Assembly (NCBI GenBank): GCA_963792865.1
Contig: CAWBYB010000004.1
Coordinates: 3,826-67,825, forward strand
DNA from: an uncultured beta proteobacterium
GTDB taxonomy: Bacteria > Pseudomonadota > Gammaproteobacteria > Burkholderiales > Usitatibacteraceae
Length of the DNA stretch: 64,000 bases
Direction of reading: 5' to 3'
Below, in pieces: positions 26,739 through 37,910 of this stretch. The position numbers and the translations under genes are program-made. Every line of letters begins with the position of its first letter. Positions within the stretch are counted from its first letter, which is position 1. Under the pieces are notes generated by a model, which had not been told where the DNA came from, did not search any database, and saw nothing but the letters and a program-made list of their open reading frames with translations.

Positions 26739-27519
26739 GCCGCGCGCCGCCGCATCCGCCGACGCCCGCCCCCCGTGCGCGCTCGAGCTCGCCGGCGTGC
26801 ACAAGAGCTTCGGCGTGACGCCCATCATCCGCGGCGTGTCGCTCGAGATCGCGCGCGGCGAGCGCCACGCCATCATCGGGCCCAACGGCGCGGGCAAGTC
26901 CACGCTCTTCAACCTCGTGAGCGGGCGCATCGCGCCCACGCGCGGCTCGATCCGCCTCGACGGCGAGGAGATCGCGGGCAAGCGCGCCTACCGCATCGCC
27001 CGGCGCGGCCTCGCCCGCAGCTTCCAGGTGACCAATATCTTCCCGCGCCTCACGGTGCACGAGAACATCCGCTGCGGCGTGCTGTGGCCGCTGGGCTATC
27101 GCTACGACTTCCTGCGCCCCATCGACCGGCTGCGCGACGCCAACGAGCGCGCCGAGCGCACCCTCGAGCAGATCCACCTCACCGCGCGCCGCGACACGCC
27201 CGCGGGCGTGCTCACCTATGCCGAGCAGCGCGCGCTCGAGATCGGCATCACCATCGCCGGGGGCGCAAGCGTGATCCTGCTCGACGAGCCCACGGCCGGC
27301 ATGAGCCGCGGCGAGACCGAGCACGCGGTGGAGCTCATCCGCTCGGTCACGCGCGAGCGCACGCTCGTCATGGTCGAGCACGACATGGGGGTGGTCTTCG
27401 GCCTCGCGGACCGCATCTCCGTGCTCGTGTACGGGCAGATCGTGGCCACCGGCACGCCGGCGGAGATCCGCGAGAACGAGGCCGTGCGCACCGCCTACCT
27501 GGGAAGCGCCGATGCTTGA
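26731..27519 (+). CDS. Liv-type ABC ATPase (LivG-like)
   Basis: GPNGAGKST, LLDEPTAG, VEHDM. Confidence 0.92.
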   Translation: MAEPRAAASADARPPCALELAGVHKSFGVTPIIRGVSLEIARGERHAIIGPNGAGKSTLFNLVSGRIAPTRGSIRLDGEEIAGKRAYRIARRGLARSFQVTNIFPRLTVHENIRCGVLWPLGYRYDFLRPIDRLRDANERAERTLEQIHLTARRDTPAGVLTYAEQRALEIGITIAGGASVILLDEPTAGMSRGETEHAVELIRSVTRERTLVMVEHDMGVVFGLADRISVLVYGQIVATGTPAEIRENEAVRTAYLGSADA

Positions 27520-28207
27520 GGTGGAGGAGCTGCACGCCTACTACGGCAAGAGCCACATCCTGCAGGGCGTAACCTTCCACGTGCGCCCGGGCGAGATCGT
27601 GAGCCTGCTCGGGCGCAACGGCGCCGGACGCTCCACCACCATCAAGACCATCATGGGCGAGGTGGCGCCGTCGGGGGCGATCCGCTTCAAGGGCGCGCGC
27701 ATCGACGGGCTCAAGCCCCACGAGATCGCGCGCCGGGGGCTGGGCTACGTGCCGGAGAACCGCGAGATCTTTCCCTCGCTCACCGTGCGCGAGAACCTGC
27801 TGCTCGGCATGAAGTCCGCCAAGCCGCGCGGGCGCTGGTCCCTGGAGGACATGTACGCGCTCTTCCCGATCCTGAGCGAGCGCGCCGAGGCGCCCGGCGG
27901 GGTGCTGTCCGGAGGCGAGCAGCAGATGCTCACGATCTGCCGCACGCTCATGGGAGACCCGGACCTCATCATGGTGGACGAGCCCACGGAGGGCCTCGCC
28001 CCGCGCCTGGTGGCGCTGGTGCGCGAGCTGCTCGAGAAGATCGCGGCGCGCGGGGTGGCGATCCTGCTGATCGAGCAGAAGCTCACCATCGCGCTCAGCA
28101 TCTCCCATCGGCTGTACGTGATGGGCCAGGGGCGTATCGTATTCGAAGGCACGCCGGGGGAGCTGCGCTCCGACGCGGCGGTGCGCCGGGAATGGCTGGA
28201 AGTCTGA
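27512..28207 (+). CDS. Liv-type ABC ATPase (LivF-like)
   Basis: GRNGAGRST, LSGGEQQ, VDEPTEGLAP. Confidence 0.92.
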   Translation: MLEVEELHAYYGKSHILQGVTFHVRPGEIVSLLGRNGAGRSTTIKTIMGEVAPSGAIRFKGARIDGLKPHEIARRGLGYVPENREIFPSLTVRENLLLGMKSAKPRGRWSLEDMYALFPILSERAEAPGGVLSGGEQQMLTICRTLMGDPDLIMVDEPTEGLAPRLVALVRELLEKIAARGVAILLIEQKLTIALSISHRLYVMGQGRIVFEGTPGELRSDAAVRREWLEV

Positions 28208-28217
28208 GGAGCCCGAC

Positions 28218-30308
28218 ATGAGCGAACCCTACGCGGTGCGCGGCGCGGTGGCCGTGATCACCCTCGACAACCCTCCGGTGAACGGGCTGGGCCACGGGCT
28301 GCGCACCGCGATCGTCGCCGGCGTGGACGCGGCGCAGCGCGACGAGCGCGTGAAGGCGATCGTCCTGGTCGGGGCGGGAAAGAGGATGTTCTCGGGCGGC
28401 GCCGACATCAAGGAATTCAACACGCCGAAGGCGCTGGCCGAGCCCACGCTGCACACCGTGATCCGCGTGGTCGAGTCGAGCGCCAAGCCCGTGATCGCCG
28501 CGATCGGCGGCACCTGCATGGGCGGCGGCCTCGAGCTCTCGCTCGCCTGCCACTACCGCGTCGCCGTGCCCGAGGCCGAGGTGGCGCTGCCGGAAGTGAA
28601 GATCGGCCTCATCCCCGGCGCCGGCGGCACCCAGCGCCTGCCGCGCGCGGTGGGCGTGGAGACGGCGCTCAACATGATCGTGTCCGGGGCCTCGGTCCCG
28701 GCCGCACAGCTCAAGGACACCGCGCTCTTCGACGCGATGGCCGACGGCGAGGCGCTCGACGGCGCGCTCGCGCTCGCGGGCAAGGTGGCCGACGCCCGCC
28801 CGCTGCCGCGGGTGCGGGACCGCAATGCCGCGCATCCCGACGCGGAGGCCTTCTTCCAGTTCGCGCGCAATACCGTGGGCGCGATGGTGAAGCACTATCC
28901 GGCGCCGCTCAAGTGCGTGGATGCGGTGGCCGCGTCCGTCTCGCAGCCGTTCGAGGACGGCCTGCGCCGCGAGCGCGAGCTCTTCCTGGAGATGATCCAG
29001 TCGCCCGAGTCGCGCGCGCTCCGGCACGCCTTCTTCGGCGAGCGCGCGGCGGCGAAGATTCCCGACGTGCCCCCGGACACGCCCGTGCGCAAGGTGGAAT
29101 CGGTGGCGGTCATCGGCGCAGGCACCATGGGCGGCGGCATCGCGATGAACTTCCTCAATGCCGGCCTCCCCGTGACGATCCTGGAAACCAAGCAGGAGGC
29201 CCTCGACCGGGGGCTCGCCACGATCCGGCGCAACTACGAAGGCAACGTGAAGCGCGGCAAGCTCACGCCCGAGAAGCTCGAGCAGCGCATGAAGCTGCTC
29301 AGGCCCACGCTCTCCTACGACGACGTGAAGGGCGCCGACCTCGTGATCGAGGCGGTGTTCGAGGAGATGGGCGTGAAGGAGGCCGTGTTCCGCAAGTTGG
29401 ACGAGGTGATGAAGCCCGGCGCGATCCTCGCCACCAACACTTCCACGCTCGATGTGAACCGCATCGCGGGGATCACCCGGCGCCCGCAGGACGTGGTCGG
29501 CATGCACTTCTTCAGCCCGGCCAACGTCATGAGGCTGCTGGAGGTCGTGCGCGGCGCGAAGACCGCGAAGGACGTGCTGGCCACGGTGATGCAGGTGGCG
29601 AAGAAGATCCGCAAGACCGCGGTGGTATCGGGCGTGTGCGACGGCTTCATCGGCAACCGGATGGTCGAGCACTACCTGCGCCAGGCGCTGTTCCTGCTCG
29701 AGGAAGGCGCCTCTGCCCGGCAGGTGGACGGCGCGTTGGAGAAGTTCGGCATGGCGATGGGCCCTTTCCGGATGAGCGACCTCGCGGGCAACGACATCGG
29801 CTGGGCGATCCGCAAGCGCCGCTACCAGGAAAAGCCCGGCATGGTCTATTCGCGCATCGCCGATCGCCTGTGCGAGATGGGGCGCTTCGGCCAGAAGACC
29901 GGCGCCGGCTGGTACCGCTACGAACCCGGGCGTCGCGACGCGATCCCGGATCCCGCGGTGGACGCGATGATCGCCGAGTACCGCAAGGAGCACGGCATCG
30001 CGCCGCGCGCGATCGACGCGGACGAGATCGTCGAGCGCTGCGTCTACGCCCTGGTGAACGAAGGCGCGCGCATCCTCGAGGAGGGCATCGCCTCGCGCGC
30101 CTCCGACATCGACATGGTGTACCTCACCGGCTACGGCTTCCCGATGCACCGCGGGGGCCCGATGCTCTACGCCGACATGACGGGCCTGTACAACGTCGCG
30201 CGCAGCATGGAGCGCTTCGCCGCCAATCCCCACGGCGATCCCGCGTTCTGGAAACCGGCGCCGCTGCTCGCGCGGCTCGCCGCCGAAGGCAAGACGTTCA
30301 ACGCCTGA
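28218..30308 (+). CDS. Enoyl-CoA hydratase / 3-hydroxyacyl-CoA dehydrogenase (PimF-like)
   Basis: [42 protein letters not shown]. Confidence 0.93.
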   Translation: MSEPYAVRGAVAVITLDNPPVNGLGHGLRTAIVAGVDAAQRDERVKAIVLVGAGKRMFSGGADIKEFNTPKALAEPTLHTVIRVVESSAKPVIAAIGGTCMGGGLELSLACHYRVAVPEAEVALPEVKIGLIPGAGGTQRLPRAVGVETALNMIVSGASVPAAQLKDTALFDAMADGEALDGALALAGKVADARPLPRVRDRNAAHPDAEAFFQFARNTVGAMVKHYPAPLKCVDAVAASVSQPFEDGLRRERELFLEMIQSPESRALRHAFFGERAAAKIPDVPPDTPVRKVESVAVIGAGTMGGGIAMNFLNAGLPVTILETKQEALDRGLATIRRNYEGNVKRGKLTPEKLEQRMKLLRPTLSYDDVKGADLVIEAVFEEMGVKEAVFRKLDEVMKPGAILATNTSTLDVNRIAGITRRPQDVVGMHFFSPANVMRLLEVVRGAKTAKDVLATVMQVAKKIRKTAVVSGVCDGFIGNRMVEHYLRQALFLLEEGASARQVDGALEKFGMAMGPFRMSDLAGNDIGWAIRKRRYQEKPGMVYSRIADRLCEMGRFGQKTGAGWYRYEPGRRDAIPDPAVDAMIAEYRKEHGIAPRAIDADEIVERCVYALVNEGARILEEGIASRASDIDMVYLTGYGFPMHRGGPMLYADMTGLYNVARSMERFAANPHGDPAFWKPAPLLARLAAEGKTFNA

Positions 30309-30321
30309 CCCGGAGCCCGCC

Positions 30322-31504
30322 ATGACCGACGCAGTCATCGTTTCCACCGCCCGCACCGGACTCGCGAAATCGTGGCGGGGCGCCCTCAACCTCACCCACG
30401 GCGCCACCATGGGCGGGCACGTCGTGCGCCACGCCATCGAACGCGCCGGCATCGACCCGGCGTCCGTCGAGGACGTGCTCATGGGATGCGCCTATCCCGA
30501 GGGCGCGACCGGGGCCAACATCGCGCGCCAGATCGCGCTGCGGGCCGGCTGCCCGGTGAGCGTGGCGGGCGTCACCGTGAACCGCTTCTGCTCCTCGGGG
30601 CTGCAGACGATCGCCATGGCCGCGCAGCGCGTGCTCGCGGGCGAGAGCGAGGTCTACGTCGCGGGCGGCGTGGAATCGATCTCGTGCGTGCAGAACGAGT
30701 CCAACCGCCACATGATCCGCGAGGGCTGGCTCGCCGAGCACAAGCCCGAGCTCTACTGGACGATGCTGCAGACCGCGGAGAACGTCGCGAAGCGCTACGG
30801 CATCCCGCGCGAGAAGCAGGACGAATACGGCGCGCGGAGCCAGCAGCGCGCGGCGGCCGCTGCGGCGGCGGCGGGGAAATTCGACGCCGAGATCGTGCCG
30901 ATCACGGTGCGCATGGGGGTGGCCGACAAGGACTCGGGGCGCCTGTACGCGAAGGAGGTCACGCTCGCGGCCGACGAGGGCATCCGCGCCGATACCACCT
31001 ACGAGGGGGTGTCGAAGATCCGCCCCGCGCTCCCCGGTGGCGTCATCGCGGCCGGCAACGCGAGCCAGTTCTCCGACGGCGCCTCGGCGTGCGTGGTGAT
31101 GAGCGAGCGCGCCGCCGCGAAATCGGGAGCGAAGCCGCTCGGCATCTTCCGCGGCTTCGCGGTGGCCGGCTGCGAGCCCGACGAGATGGGCATCGGGCCG
31201 GTGTTCGCGGTGCCGAAGCTGCTCGCGCGCGCCGGCAAGAAAGTCGACCGACATCGACCTGTGGGAGCTGAACGAAGCCTTCGCGGTGCAGGTGATCTAC
31301 TGCCGCGACAAGCTCGGCATCCCCGACGATCGCCTCAACGTGAACGGCGGCGCGATCGCGGTCGGCCATCCCTACGGCGTCTCGGGCTCGCGGCTCACCG
31401 GCCATGCCCTGATCGAGGGCAAGCGGCGCGGCGCGAAGCTCGTCGTCGTCACCATGTGCATCGGCGGCGGGATGGGTGCGGCCGGATTGTTCGAGGTGCT
31501 CTGA
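30322..31504 (+). CDS. Acetyl-CoA C-acyltransferase (thiolase, PimB-like), one frameshift
   Basis: [17 protein letters not shown], then NEAFA...GHPYG...CIGGGMG in the next frame after an extra base at ~31249. Confidence 0.92.
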
Positions 31505-31587
31505 TTTCGCGACGTGCGGCGGCCGCTCGTCAGTGGCCTGCTTGTCTCGAACCATTGAAGCTGTTTCATTCCAGCGAGGAGGAAACC

Positions 31588-32247
31588 ATGGCGGGCAAGA
31601 TGACGGACCAGTACCTGGCCAACAACAAGCAGTACGCGGGCGGGCAGGCGACGCACAAGCCCGGCTACCCCGGCAAGCAGCCGATCAATCCCGCCAAGCA
31701 CGTCGCGGTGGTCGCGTGCATGGACGCGCGCCTGGACGTGGAGGACCTGCTCGGCCTGCAGACGGGAGACGCGCACATCATCCGCAACGCGGGCGGGGTG
31801 GTGACCGACGATGCGATCCGCTGCCTCATCATCTCGCACCACCTGCTCAATACCAACGAGATCATCCTCATCCACCACACGCGCTGCGGCATGCTCGCCT
31901 TCACCGACGACCTGCTGAAGGCCGGCCTCGAGGGCGACCCGGCGGCCGAGAAGCTGCTGGGCCAGGCCACCTCGCGCCCCTTCATGAGCTGCAGGAAGTG
32001 CGCGTCGACGCCGTCCCAGTTCCACGCCTTCCGCGGCGCGATCGAGCCGCTCGACGCGCCGCGCAACGCGAAGCAGACCGAGCGCCTCGAATGGGACGTG
32101 CGCCGAGGGATCTCGGCGATCATGAACCACCCGTGGATCCCGACCAGCGGGCCCGACGCGATCACCGTGCGCGGATTCATCTACGACGTGGATACCGGCA
32201 AGCTCGAGGAGGTGAGCTACCCGGGGCCGATGGGGTCGATCGGTTGA
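31588..32247 (+). CDS. Beta-class carbonic anhydrase (clade D-like)
   Basis: VACMDAR, IRNAGG, HHTRCG Zn ligands, GFIYDVDTG; GAGGAGG RBS. Confidence 0.88.
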   Translation: MAGKMTDQYLANNKQYAGGQATHKPGYPGKQPINPAKHVAVVACMDARLDVEDLLGLQTGDAHIIRNAGGVVTDDAIRCLIISHHLLNTNEIILIHHTRCGMLAFTDDLLKAGLEGDPAAEKLLGQATSRPFMSCRKCASTPSQFHAFRGAIEPLDAPRNAKQTERLEWDVRRGISAIMNHPWIPTSGPDAITVRGFIYDVDTGKLEEVSYPGPMGSIG

Positions 32248-33125
32248 CGCGCTTCCACGGGGTCTTCCCGTACATCGTCTCGCCGATCGATGCGACAGGC
32301 GAGGTGAAGTCGGAAGTCCTCGCGCGCCTGTGCGAGGATCTCATCGCCGCCGGCGTGCACGGCCTCACCCCGCTCGGCTCCACCGGGGAGTTCGCCTACC
32401 TGTCATGGCCGCAGCGCCGGCGCGTGGTCGAGGTCGTGGTCGCGGCCGCGAAGGGCCGCGTGCCGGTCGTGGCCGGCGTCGCCGCGACCACGATTGCCGA
32501 TGCCGTCTTCCAGGCGCGCGAGCTCGAGCGCCTGGGCTGCAGCGGCATCCTCGCCATCCTCGAGGCGTACTTCCCGATCGCCGACGAAGGCGTGTATGCG
32601 TACTTCAAATCCGTCGCCGAGGCGGTGTCGATTCCGGTCGTGCTCTACACCAACCCGAATTTCCAGCGCTCGGACCTGGGCCTCCCCGTGATCGAGCGCC
32701 TGAGCCGCATCGCGAACATTCGCTACATCAAGGACGCGTCCTCGAACACCGGCCGGCTGCTCTCGATCCTCAACGCCGTGGAGGGCAGGATGCAGGTGTT
32801 CGCCGCCTCATCGCACATTCCGGCATGCGTGATGCTGATCGGCGGGGTGGGCTGGATGGCAGGCCCGGCGTGCGTCGCGCCGAAGCAGAGCGTCGAGCTC
32901 TACGAGCTTTGCCGGGGCGGCCACTGGGCGGCGGCCATGGAGCGCCAGCGTGCGCTGTGGGCGCTGAACCAGGCGTTCGCCCGCTACAACCTCGCGGCGT
33001 GCATCAAGGGCGGCCTCGAGCTGCAGGGATACGCGGTCGGCGCTCCGCTGGCGCCGCAGGCGCCGCTGCCGCCCGAAGGGATCGAGGAAGTCCGGCGCGC
33101 CCTGGCGGCGATCGGGGCGCTGTAG
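32244..33125 (+). CDS. Dihydrodipicolinate synthase-family lyase
   Basis: LGSTGEF, LYTNP, IKDASS Schiff-base Lys; TTGA overlap. Confidence 0.88.
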   Translation: MTRFHGVFPYIVSPIDATGEVKSEVLARLCEDLIAAGVHGLTPLGSTGEFAYLSWPQRRRVVEVVVAAAKGRVPVVAGVAATTIADAVFQARELERLGCSGILAILEAYFPIADEGVYAYFKSVAEAVSIPVVLYTNPNFQRSDLGLPVIERLSRIANIRYIKDASSNTGRLLSILNAVEGRMQVFAASSHIPACVMLIGGVGWMAGPACVAPKQSVELYELCRGGHWAAAMERQRALWALNQAFARYNLAACIKGGLELQGYAVGAPLAPQAPLPPEGIEEVRRALAAIGAL

Positions 33126-33231
33126 CGCGGCCGCCTGGCCGGCCTCGCGGTAACAGATCTTCACAACTGCGGGCGCCGGATCGCCGGGATCGGAGGTCCC
33201 TGCGCGCGCCAACGGCGATACAATGCCGTCC

Positions 33232-33981
33232 ATGAAGCGCGCCCTCGCCTATCGGCTGGCCGCGCCGCTTTGCATGCTGGCGGCGACGGGAGCGTTCGCG
33301 CAGCTCTCGATCGATCCGCCGAATCCGACGACGCTCGACACCGTCCGCCTGCGCTATACCCACGTGGGGTGCACCGATCCGGATACGGTGCAGGTCTCCC
33401 AGAGCGCCAATCGCATCACGGTGTTCGCCGCTCGCCGCCTGGCGATCGATTGCGGGACGGTCCGGGGCTTCTACGAGGATTACACGCTCGGGCGCCTTCC
33501 GTCGGGCGAATACGACGCCTCGCTCATCGTGAACCCGCCCGCCGGGACGCTCGGGCCGAGCGTCCCCGTCGGCCCGATCCACGTTTCGGTGTCGCCGGTG
33601 GCCGCAGGCACGCTGCGCCCGCACGACAACTACACCGACATGTGGTGGAACCCGCGCGAGCCGGGATGGGCCCTCACGGTGGACCAGATCGAGGAAAAGC
33701 TCTTCATGGTGTGGGTCACCTACGACGACGCGGGCAACGCCACCTGGCTCGTCGTTCCGGGCGGCTCGTGGTCGCGGGACGCGGATGGTCGGCTGCGCTT
33801 CGGCGGAACGGCGTACCGAACCACCGGACCCGCCTGGAAGGTGCCCTACGATCCCGCGGCGATGAGCGTCAAGCCTGCAGGGACCGCGGGCTTCTCGCCG
33901 CTGGACGCGAGCCACGGGATCTTCTCCTACACCATCGACGGCACCAGCGGCTCGAAGATGGTCGAGCGCTTCCGCTTCTGA
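33232..33981 (+). CDS. Secreted hypothetical protein with a WWNPxEPGW-type C-terminal domain
   Basis: Signal peptide ending AFA, Cys pair, DMWWNPREPGW...WVTYDDAGNATWL. Confidence 0.7.
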   Translation: MKRALAYRLAAPLCMLAATGAFAQLSIDPPNPTTLDTVRLRYTHVGCTDPDTVQVSQSANRITVFAARRLAIDCGTVRGFYEDYTLGRLPSGEYDASLIVNPPAGTLGPSVPVGPIHVSVSPVAAGTLRPHDNYTDMWWNPREPGWALTVDQIEEKLFMVWVTYDDAGNATWLVVPGGSWSRDADGRLRFGGTAYRTTGPAWKVPYDPAAMSVKPAGTAGFSPLDASHGIFSYTIDGTSGSKMVERFRF

Positions 33982-33997
33982 GCCCGGGAAGGAAATC

Positions 33998-34468
33998 GTG
34001 ATCCGGTACCTGCTCGCATTCGCCCTGTCGGCCTTGGTTCCCGTGATCGCCGTCGCGAACGACCAGGTCGCGCTCGACGAGTGCATCGCTTCGTGGGGGA
34101 AGGCATCGCCATTCAAGAAGGGCACGCCGGCCGCCGGCGTCATCGCAACCGGCGTCAAGGTATTCGGCATCGGCCGAGGCTCGGCGGGCGACGATCCGGT
34201 GACCGCCAAGCCTCGGCTGGTCCTGGTGCGGCCCGCGGTCAATGTATTGGGCAAGAGCACGATCCGGCTCGCGAATCCCAGGGGCTGGTATTGCTTCCGG
34301 TCCAACGTGACCGTCGCGGGCAAGATCGCGATCGAGGCCCAGTGCGACGCCCACGTCGCCAGCGCGCGCGCGGAGGGCACGACCGTGGGCGCGGCCGACG
34401 AGAGCAACAAGGGCGTGGCGGTCTTCGGCGTGCTGCGCGTAAGGCGCTTCGGCTGCAAGGAAAAGTAG
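33998..34468 (+). CDS. Secreted hypothetical protein with four Cys
   Basis: GGAAGG RBS, signal peptide, basic beta-rich body. Confidence 0.65.
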   Translation: MIRYLLAFALSALVPVIAVANDQVALDECIASWGKASPFKKGTPAAGVIATGVKVFGIGRGSAGDDPVTAKPRLVLVRPAVNVLGKSTIRLANPRGWYCFRSNVTVAGKIAIEAQCDAHVASARAEGTTVGAADESNKGVAVFGVLRVRRFGCKEK

Positions 34469-34505
34469 GTGCGTCGCCCCGAATGACCGCGACGGACCGC
34501 GGCGC

Positions 34506-35507
34506 TCAGGCGAGCTTCACGAGCTGCTTGCCGAAGTTGCCGCCCGCGAGCAGCGAGATGAGCCCCTGCGGGGCGTTTTCCAGCCCCTCCACGACCGACT
34601 CCTTGTAGCGCAGCTTGCCGGCGGCCAGGCGTGCGCCGAGGTCCGCGAGCGCCTCGCCGTAGCGCTCCTTCCAGTCGAACACGATCATCCCCTGCATCTT
34701 GATGCGGTTCACCAGGATCGAGCGCAGGTTCTGGTGGCCGTAGGGCTGCGTCGCGTTGTACTCGGCGATGAGGCCGCACAGGACGATGCGCGAATGCACG
34801 TTCATCACGCGCAGCAGCGTGTCGAGCATCTCCCCGCCGACGTTCTCGAAGTACACGTCGACGCCCTGCGGGCACGCGGCGCGCAGCTGGTCGACGAGCT
34901 TGCCCTCCTTGTAGTCGATGCACGCATCGAAACCCAGCTCGCCCACGACGTAGTCGCACTTCTTCCGGCCGCCGGCGATGCCCACCACGCGGCAGCCCTC
35001 GCTCTTCGCGAGCTGGCCGACCACGCTGCCCACCGCGCCCGAGGCCGCCGAGACCACCACCGTCTCGCCCGCCTTGGGCGCGCCGATCTCGAACAGCCCG
35101 AACCACGCCGTGATGCCGGGCATGCCGAGGATGCCCAGGTAGTACGAGGCGGGAACGCGCGCGGTGTCGACGAGGTTGAGCTCCTTGCCCTTCGCCACGC
35201 CGTGGAGCTGCCAGCCCAGCGCCGTGAGCACCTTGTCGCCGGCCCGGAAGCCCGGGTGGCGCGACGCGACCACTTCGCCCACGGTCTGGCCGGCCATCAC
35301 CGCGCCGATCGCCACGGGCGGCACGTACGACTTCGCCTCGCTCATGCGCCCGCGCATGTACGGATCGAGCGAGAGCCACTCGTTCCTCACCAGCACCTCG
35401 CCCTCGCCGGGGGCGGGCACGGGCGTCTCGACCAGGCGGAAATTATCGGGAGTCACCGCGCCCTGCGGGCGGCTCGCGAGCACGATCTGGCGGTTCGTCG
35501 TCGTCAT
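34506..35507 (-). CDS. NADP-dependent oxidoreductase (alkenal/prostaglandin reductase family)
   Basis: LSLDPYMRGRM, VSAASGAVGS, DVYFENVGG, NFGKQLV. Confidence 0.92.
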   Translation of the reverse strand: MTTTNRQIVLASRPQGAVTPDNFRLVETPVPAPGEGEVLVRNEWLSLDPYMRGRMSEAKSYVPPVAIGAVMAGQTVGEVVASRHPGFRAGDKVLTALGWQLHGVAKGKELNLVDTARVPASYYLGILGMPGITAWFGLFEIGAPKAGETVVVSAASGAVGSVVGQLAKSEGCRVVGIAGGRKKCDYVVGELGFDACIDYKEGKLVDQLRAACPQGVDVYFENVGGEMLDTLLRVMNVHSRIVLCGLIAEYNATQPYGHQNLRSILVNRIKMQGMIVFDWKERYGEALADLGARLAAGKLRYKESVVEGLENAPQGLISLLAGGNFGKQLVKLA

Positions 35508-35508
35508 G

Positions 35509-36642
35509 TCAGGAATTCCTCGCGAAGCGTTCGAGGTGGTGGTCCGCGTCGCCGAACGCGTGTGCGATCGCGGTAAGACGGCGGAAGGTGTGGCTCACCT
35601 TCAGCTCGTCGCTCATGCCCATGCCGCCGTGCAGCTGCACCGATTCCTGGCTCACGTGGCGGCAGGCGTCGGCGATCTTGATCTTGGCCGCGCTCACGAC
35701 GCGCTTCCTTTGCGCGGGGTCCTGCTCGACGTCCACGCGCGCGCAGGCAAGGCTCGCCATCGAGCGCGCCTGCTCGTAGCTCACCACCATGTCCACCATG
35801 CGGTGCTGCAGCGCCTGGAACGAGCCGATCGCAACGCCGAACTGCTTGCGCGTCTTCAGGTACTCGAGCGTCGCGTCGCACGCGTACTTCATCGCGCCCA
35901 CCGCCTCGGCGCACAGCAGCGCGACGGCGAAGTCGCTCACCTCCTCGATCAACGCGAGCGCCGCGCCCTCGGCCCCGATCCTCGCCCCGGCCGGCACGGC
36001 GACCGAGCGCAGCGTGACGTCGGCCGCGCGCATCCCGTCGAGCGTGCGGAAGGCCTGCATCGAGACGCCCGGCGCTTTCGCGTCGACCAGGAAAAGGCTT
36101 ATCCCCGCCGCCTCGCCGGGCGCGCCGGAGGTGCGCGCCGACACGACGAGCCGCTGGGCGCAGGGCGCGTGCACCACGGCACGCTTCACGCCGTCGATCA
36201 CGTAGTCGTCGCGCTCCTTCCTCGCGCGCGTGGCGACGTGCGCGAGATCGTAGCGCGCGCCGTCCTCGGTCTGTGCGAACGCCATCGCGAGGCGCCCGTC
36301 GACGACGGCGGGGATCAGCTCGCGCTGCTGCCCCTCGCTGCCGGCGCGCGCCACGAACCGGGCGCCGAGGACGGTGGAAAGGTAGGGCTCGACCAGGAGC
36401 GCGTCGCCCATGGCCTCCATCACGCTCATCATGTCCACCGCGCGCCCGCCGAAGCCGCCCAGCTCCGCCGGCAGCGGGAGCCCGAGCAGCCCGATCCCGG
36501 CGAGCTTCGCCCACACTTCGGGGCTGTACCCTTCCTCCGAGGCGAGGATGCGCCGGCGCGCCTCGAAGCCGTAGTCCTGCGCGACGAAGCGCCGCACCGA
36601 GTCGGAAACGAGCTGCTGCTCTTCGCTGTAGTCGAATTTCAT
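35509..36642 (-). CDS. Acyl-CoA dehydrogenase (PimD-like subunit)
   Basis: TRKQFGVAIGSFQALQHR, VQLHGGMG, FGDADHH. Confidence 0.9.
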   Translation of the reverse strand: MKFDYSEEQQLVSDSVRRFVAQDYGFEARRRILASEEGYSPEVWAKLAGIGLLGLPLPAELGGFGGRAVDMMSVMEAMGDALLVEPYLSTVLGARFVARAGSEGQQRELIPAVVDGRLAMAFAQTEDGARYDLAHVATRARKERDDYVIDGVKRAVVHAPCAQRLVVSARTSGAPGEAAGISLFLVDAKAPGVSMQAFRTLDGMRAADVTLRSVAVPAGARIGAEGAALALIEEVSDFAVALLCAEAVGAMKYACDATLEYLKTRKQFGVAIGSFQALQHRMVDMVVSYEQARSMASLACARVDVEQDPAQRKRVVSAAKIKIADACRHVSQESVQLHGGMGMSDELKVSHTFRRLTAIAHAFGDADHHLERFARNS

Positions 36643-36652
36643 CGTGCCTCCC

Positions 36653-37783
36653 TCACAGCCCCAGGCTCATCTTGGCGATGATGTTGCGCTGGATCTCGTT
36701 GGAGCCCGCGTAGATCGAGGTCTTGCGGAAATTGCAGTAGCGCGGCTCGTAGGGGCGCGCGAGCGGACCCGCCGCGTCCATCATGAGCTCGGTGAGCGCC
36801 TGCTGGATCTCGGTGCCGCGGATCTTGAGCATCGAGACCTCGGCCCCCGGCGCGCGCCCGCCGCGCAGCTGGTCGAGGAAGCGCAGGTTCGTGATCTCGA
36901 GCGCCATCAGCTCGACCTCGACGCGCGTCACCCGGTCGCGGAAGCGCACGTCCTCGGCGAGCGGCCTGCCGTCCTTCGCCTGCGTCGCGGCGAACGCCTT
37001 GAGGTTCTCCAGCTCGCGGCGCGATGCGCCCACGCGGGCGGTATTCATGCGCTCGTGGCCCAGCAGGTACTTGGCCACGGTCCAGCCCTTGCCTTCCTCG
37101 TGCACGAGGTTGTCGACCGGCACCTTCACGTCGTCGAAGAACACCTCGTTCACCTCGTGGCCGCCGTCCATGAGGATCAGCGGGCGCACCGTGATCCCCG
37201 GCGTCTTCATGTCGATCAGCAGGAACGAGATCCCCTCCTGCTTCTTCGCCCCCGGGTCGGTGCGCACCAGGCAGAAGATCCAGTCGCCGTAGTGGGCGAG
37301 CGTGGTCCAGGTCTTCTGGCCGTTCACGACGTAGTGGCCGCCTTCGCGCACGGCGCGCGTCTTGAGCGAGGCGAGGTCGGATCCCGAGCCGGGCTCCGAA
37401 TAGCCCTGGCACCAGAAGTCCTCGCCGTCGTAGATGCGGGGCAGGAAGCGCTGCTGCTGGGCGGGCGTGCCGAAGCGCAGCAGCACCGGCGCGCACATGG
37501 TCAGGCCGAACGGCATGAGCGGCGGCGCCCCCGCATAGCCGCACTCCTCCTCGAAGATGTAGCGCTGCACCACGTCCCAGTCGGTGCCGCCCCATTCGCG
37601 CGGCCACGAGGGCGCGACCCATTTCTGCTTGGCGAGGATGCCGTGCCAGCGCAGGAGGTCTTCCTTGGTGAGGTCCGCGTAGGCGGCGACCTTGTCGCGC
37701 AGGTCCGCGGGCAGGTTGGCGCGCAGCCAGCCGCGCACCTGGTCGCGGAAGGCGAGCTCCTCGGGAGAATAGTTGAGGTCCAT
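36653..37783 (-). CDS. Acyl-CoA dehydrogenase (PimC-like subunit)
   Basis: WCQGYSEPGSGSDLASL, NGQKTWT, IYAGSNEIQRNII. Confidence 0.92.
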   Translation of the reverse strand: MDLNYSPEELAFRDQVRGWLRANLPADLRDKVAAYADLTKEDLLRWHGILAKQKWVAPSWPREWGGTDWDVVQRYIFEEECGYAGAPPLMPFGLTMCAPVLLRFGTPAQQQRFLPRIYDGEDFWCQGYSEPGSGSDLASLKTRAVREGGHYVVNGQKTWTTLAHYGDWIFCLVRTDPGAKKQEGISFLLIDMKTPGITVRPLILMDGGHEVNEVFFDDVKVPVDNLVHEEGKGWTVAKYLLGHERMNTARVGASRRELENLKAFAATQAKDGRPLAEDVRFRDRVTRVEVELMALEITNLRFLDQLRGGRAPGAEVSMLKIRGTEIQQALTELMMDAAGPLARPYEPRYCNFRKTSIYAGSNEIQRNIIAKMSLGL

Positions 37784-37910
37784 GGGCGTCCTTTCCATGC
37801 GCAGTCTAATCCAGCCGCAGCCATCGATCCGGGGCCGCCGCCGGTGTTAAGCTGATTCGCCCCCACGCAGGAGGATCCATGAAGACGACCGCAGCGACGA
37901 GACCCCGCCC

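Noticed and set aside
27608-27640. Walker A Lys-to-Arg (GAGRST) in the LivF-like ATPase
   Set aside because: Conservative variant that I recall in this subfamily; the other ABC motifs are intact.
30322-32247. Apparent thiolase-carbonic anhydrase fusion (641-aa ORF)
   Set aside because: Produced by one extra base near 31249. The thiolase C-terminus is in another frame ending at 31504, and the anhydrase has its own RBS and ATG at 31588.
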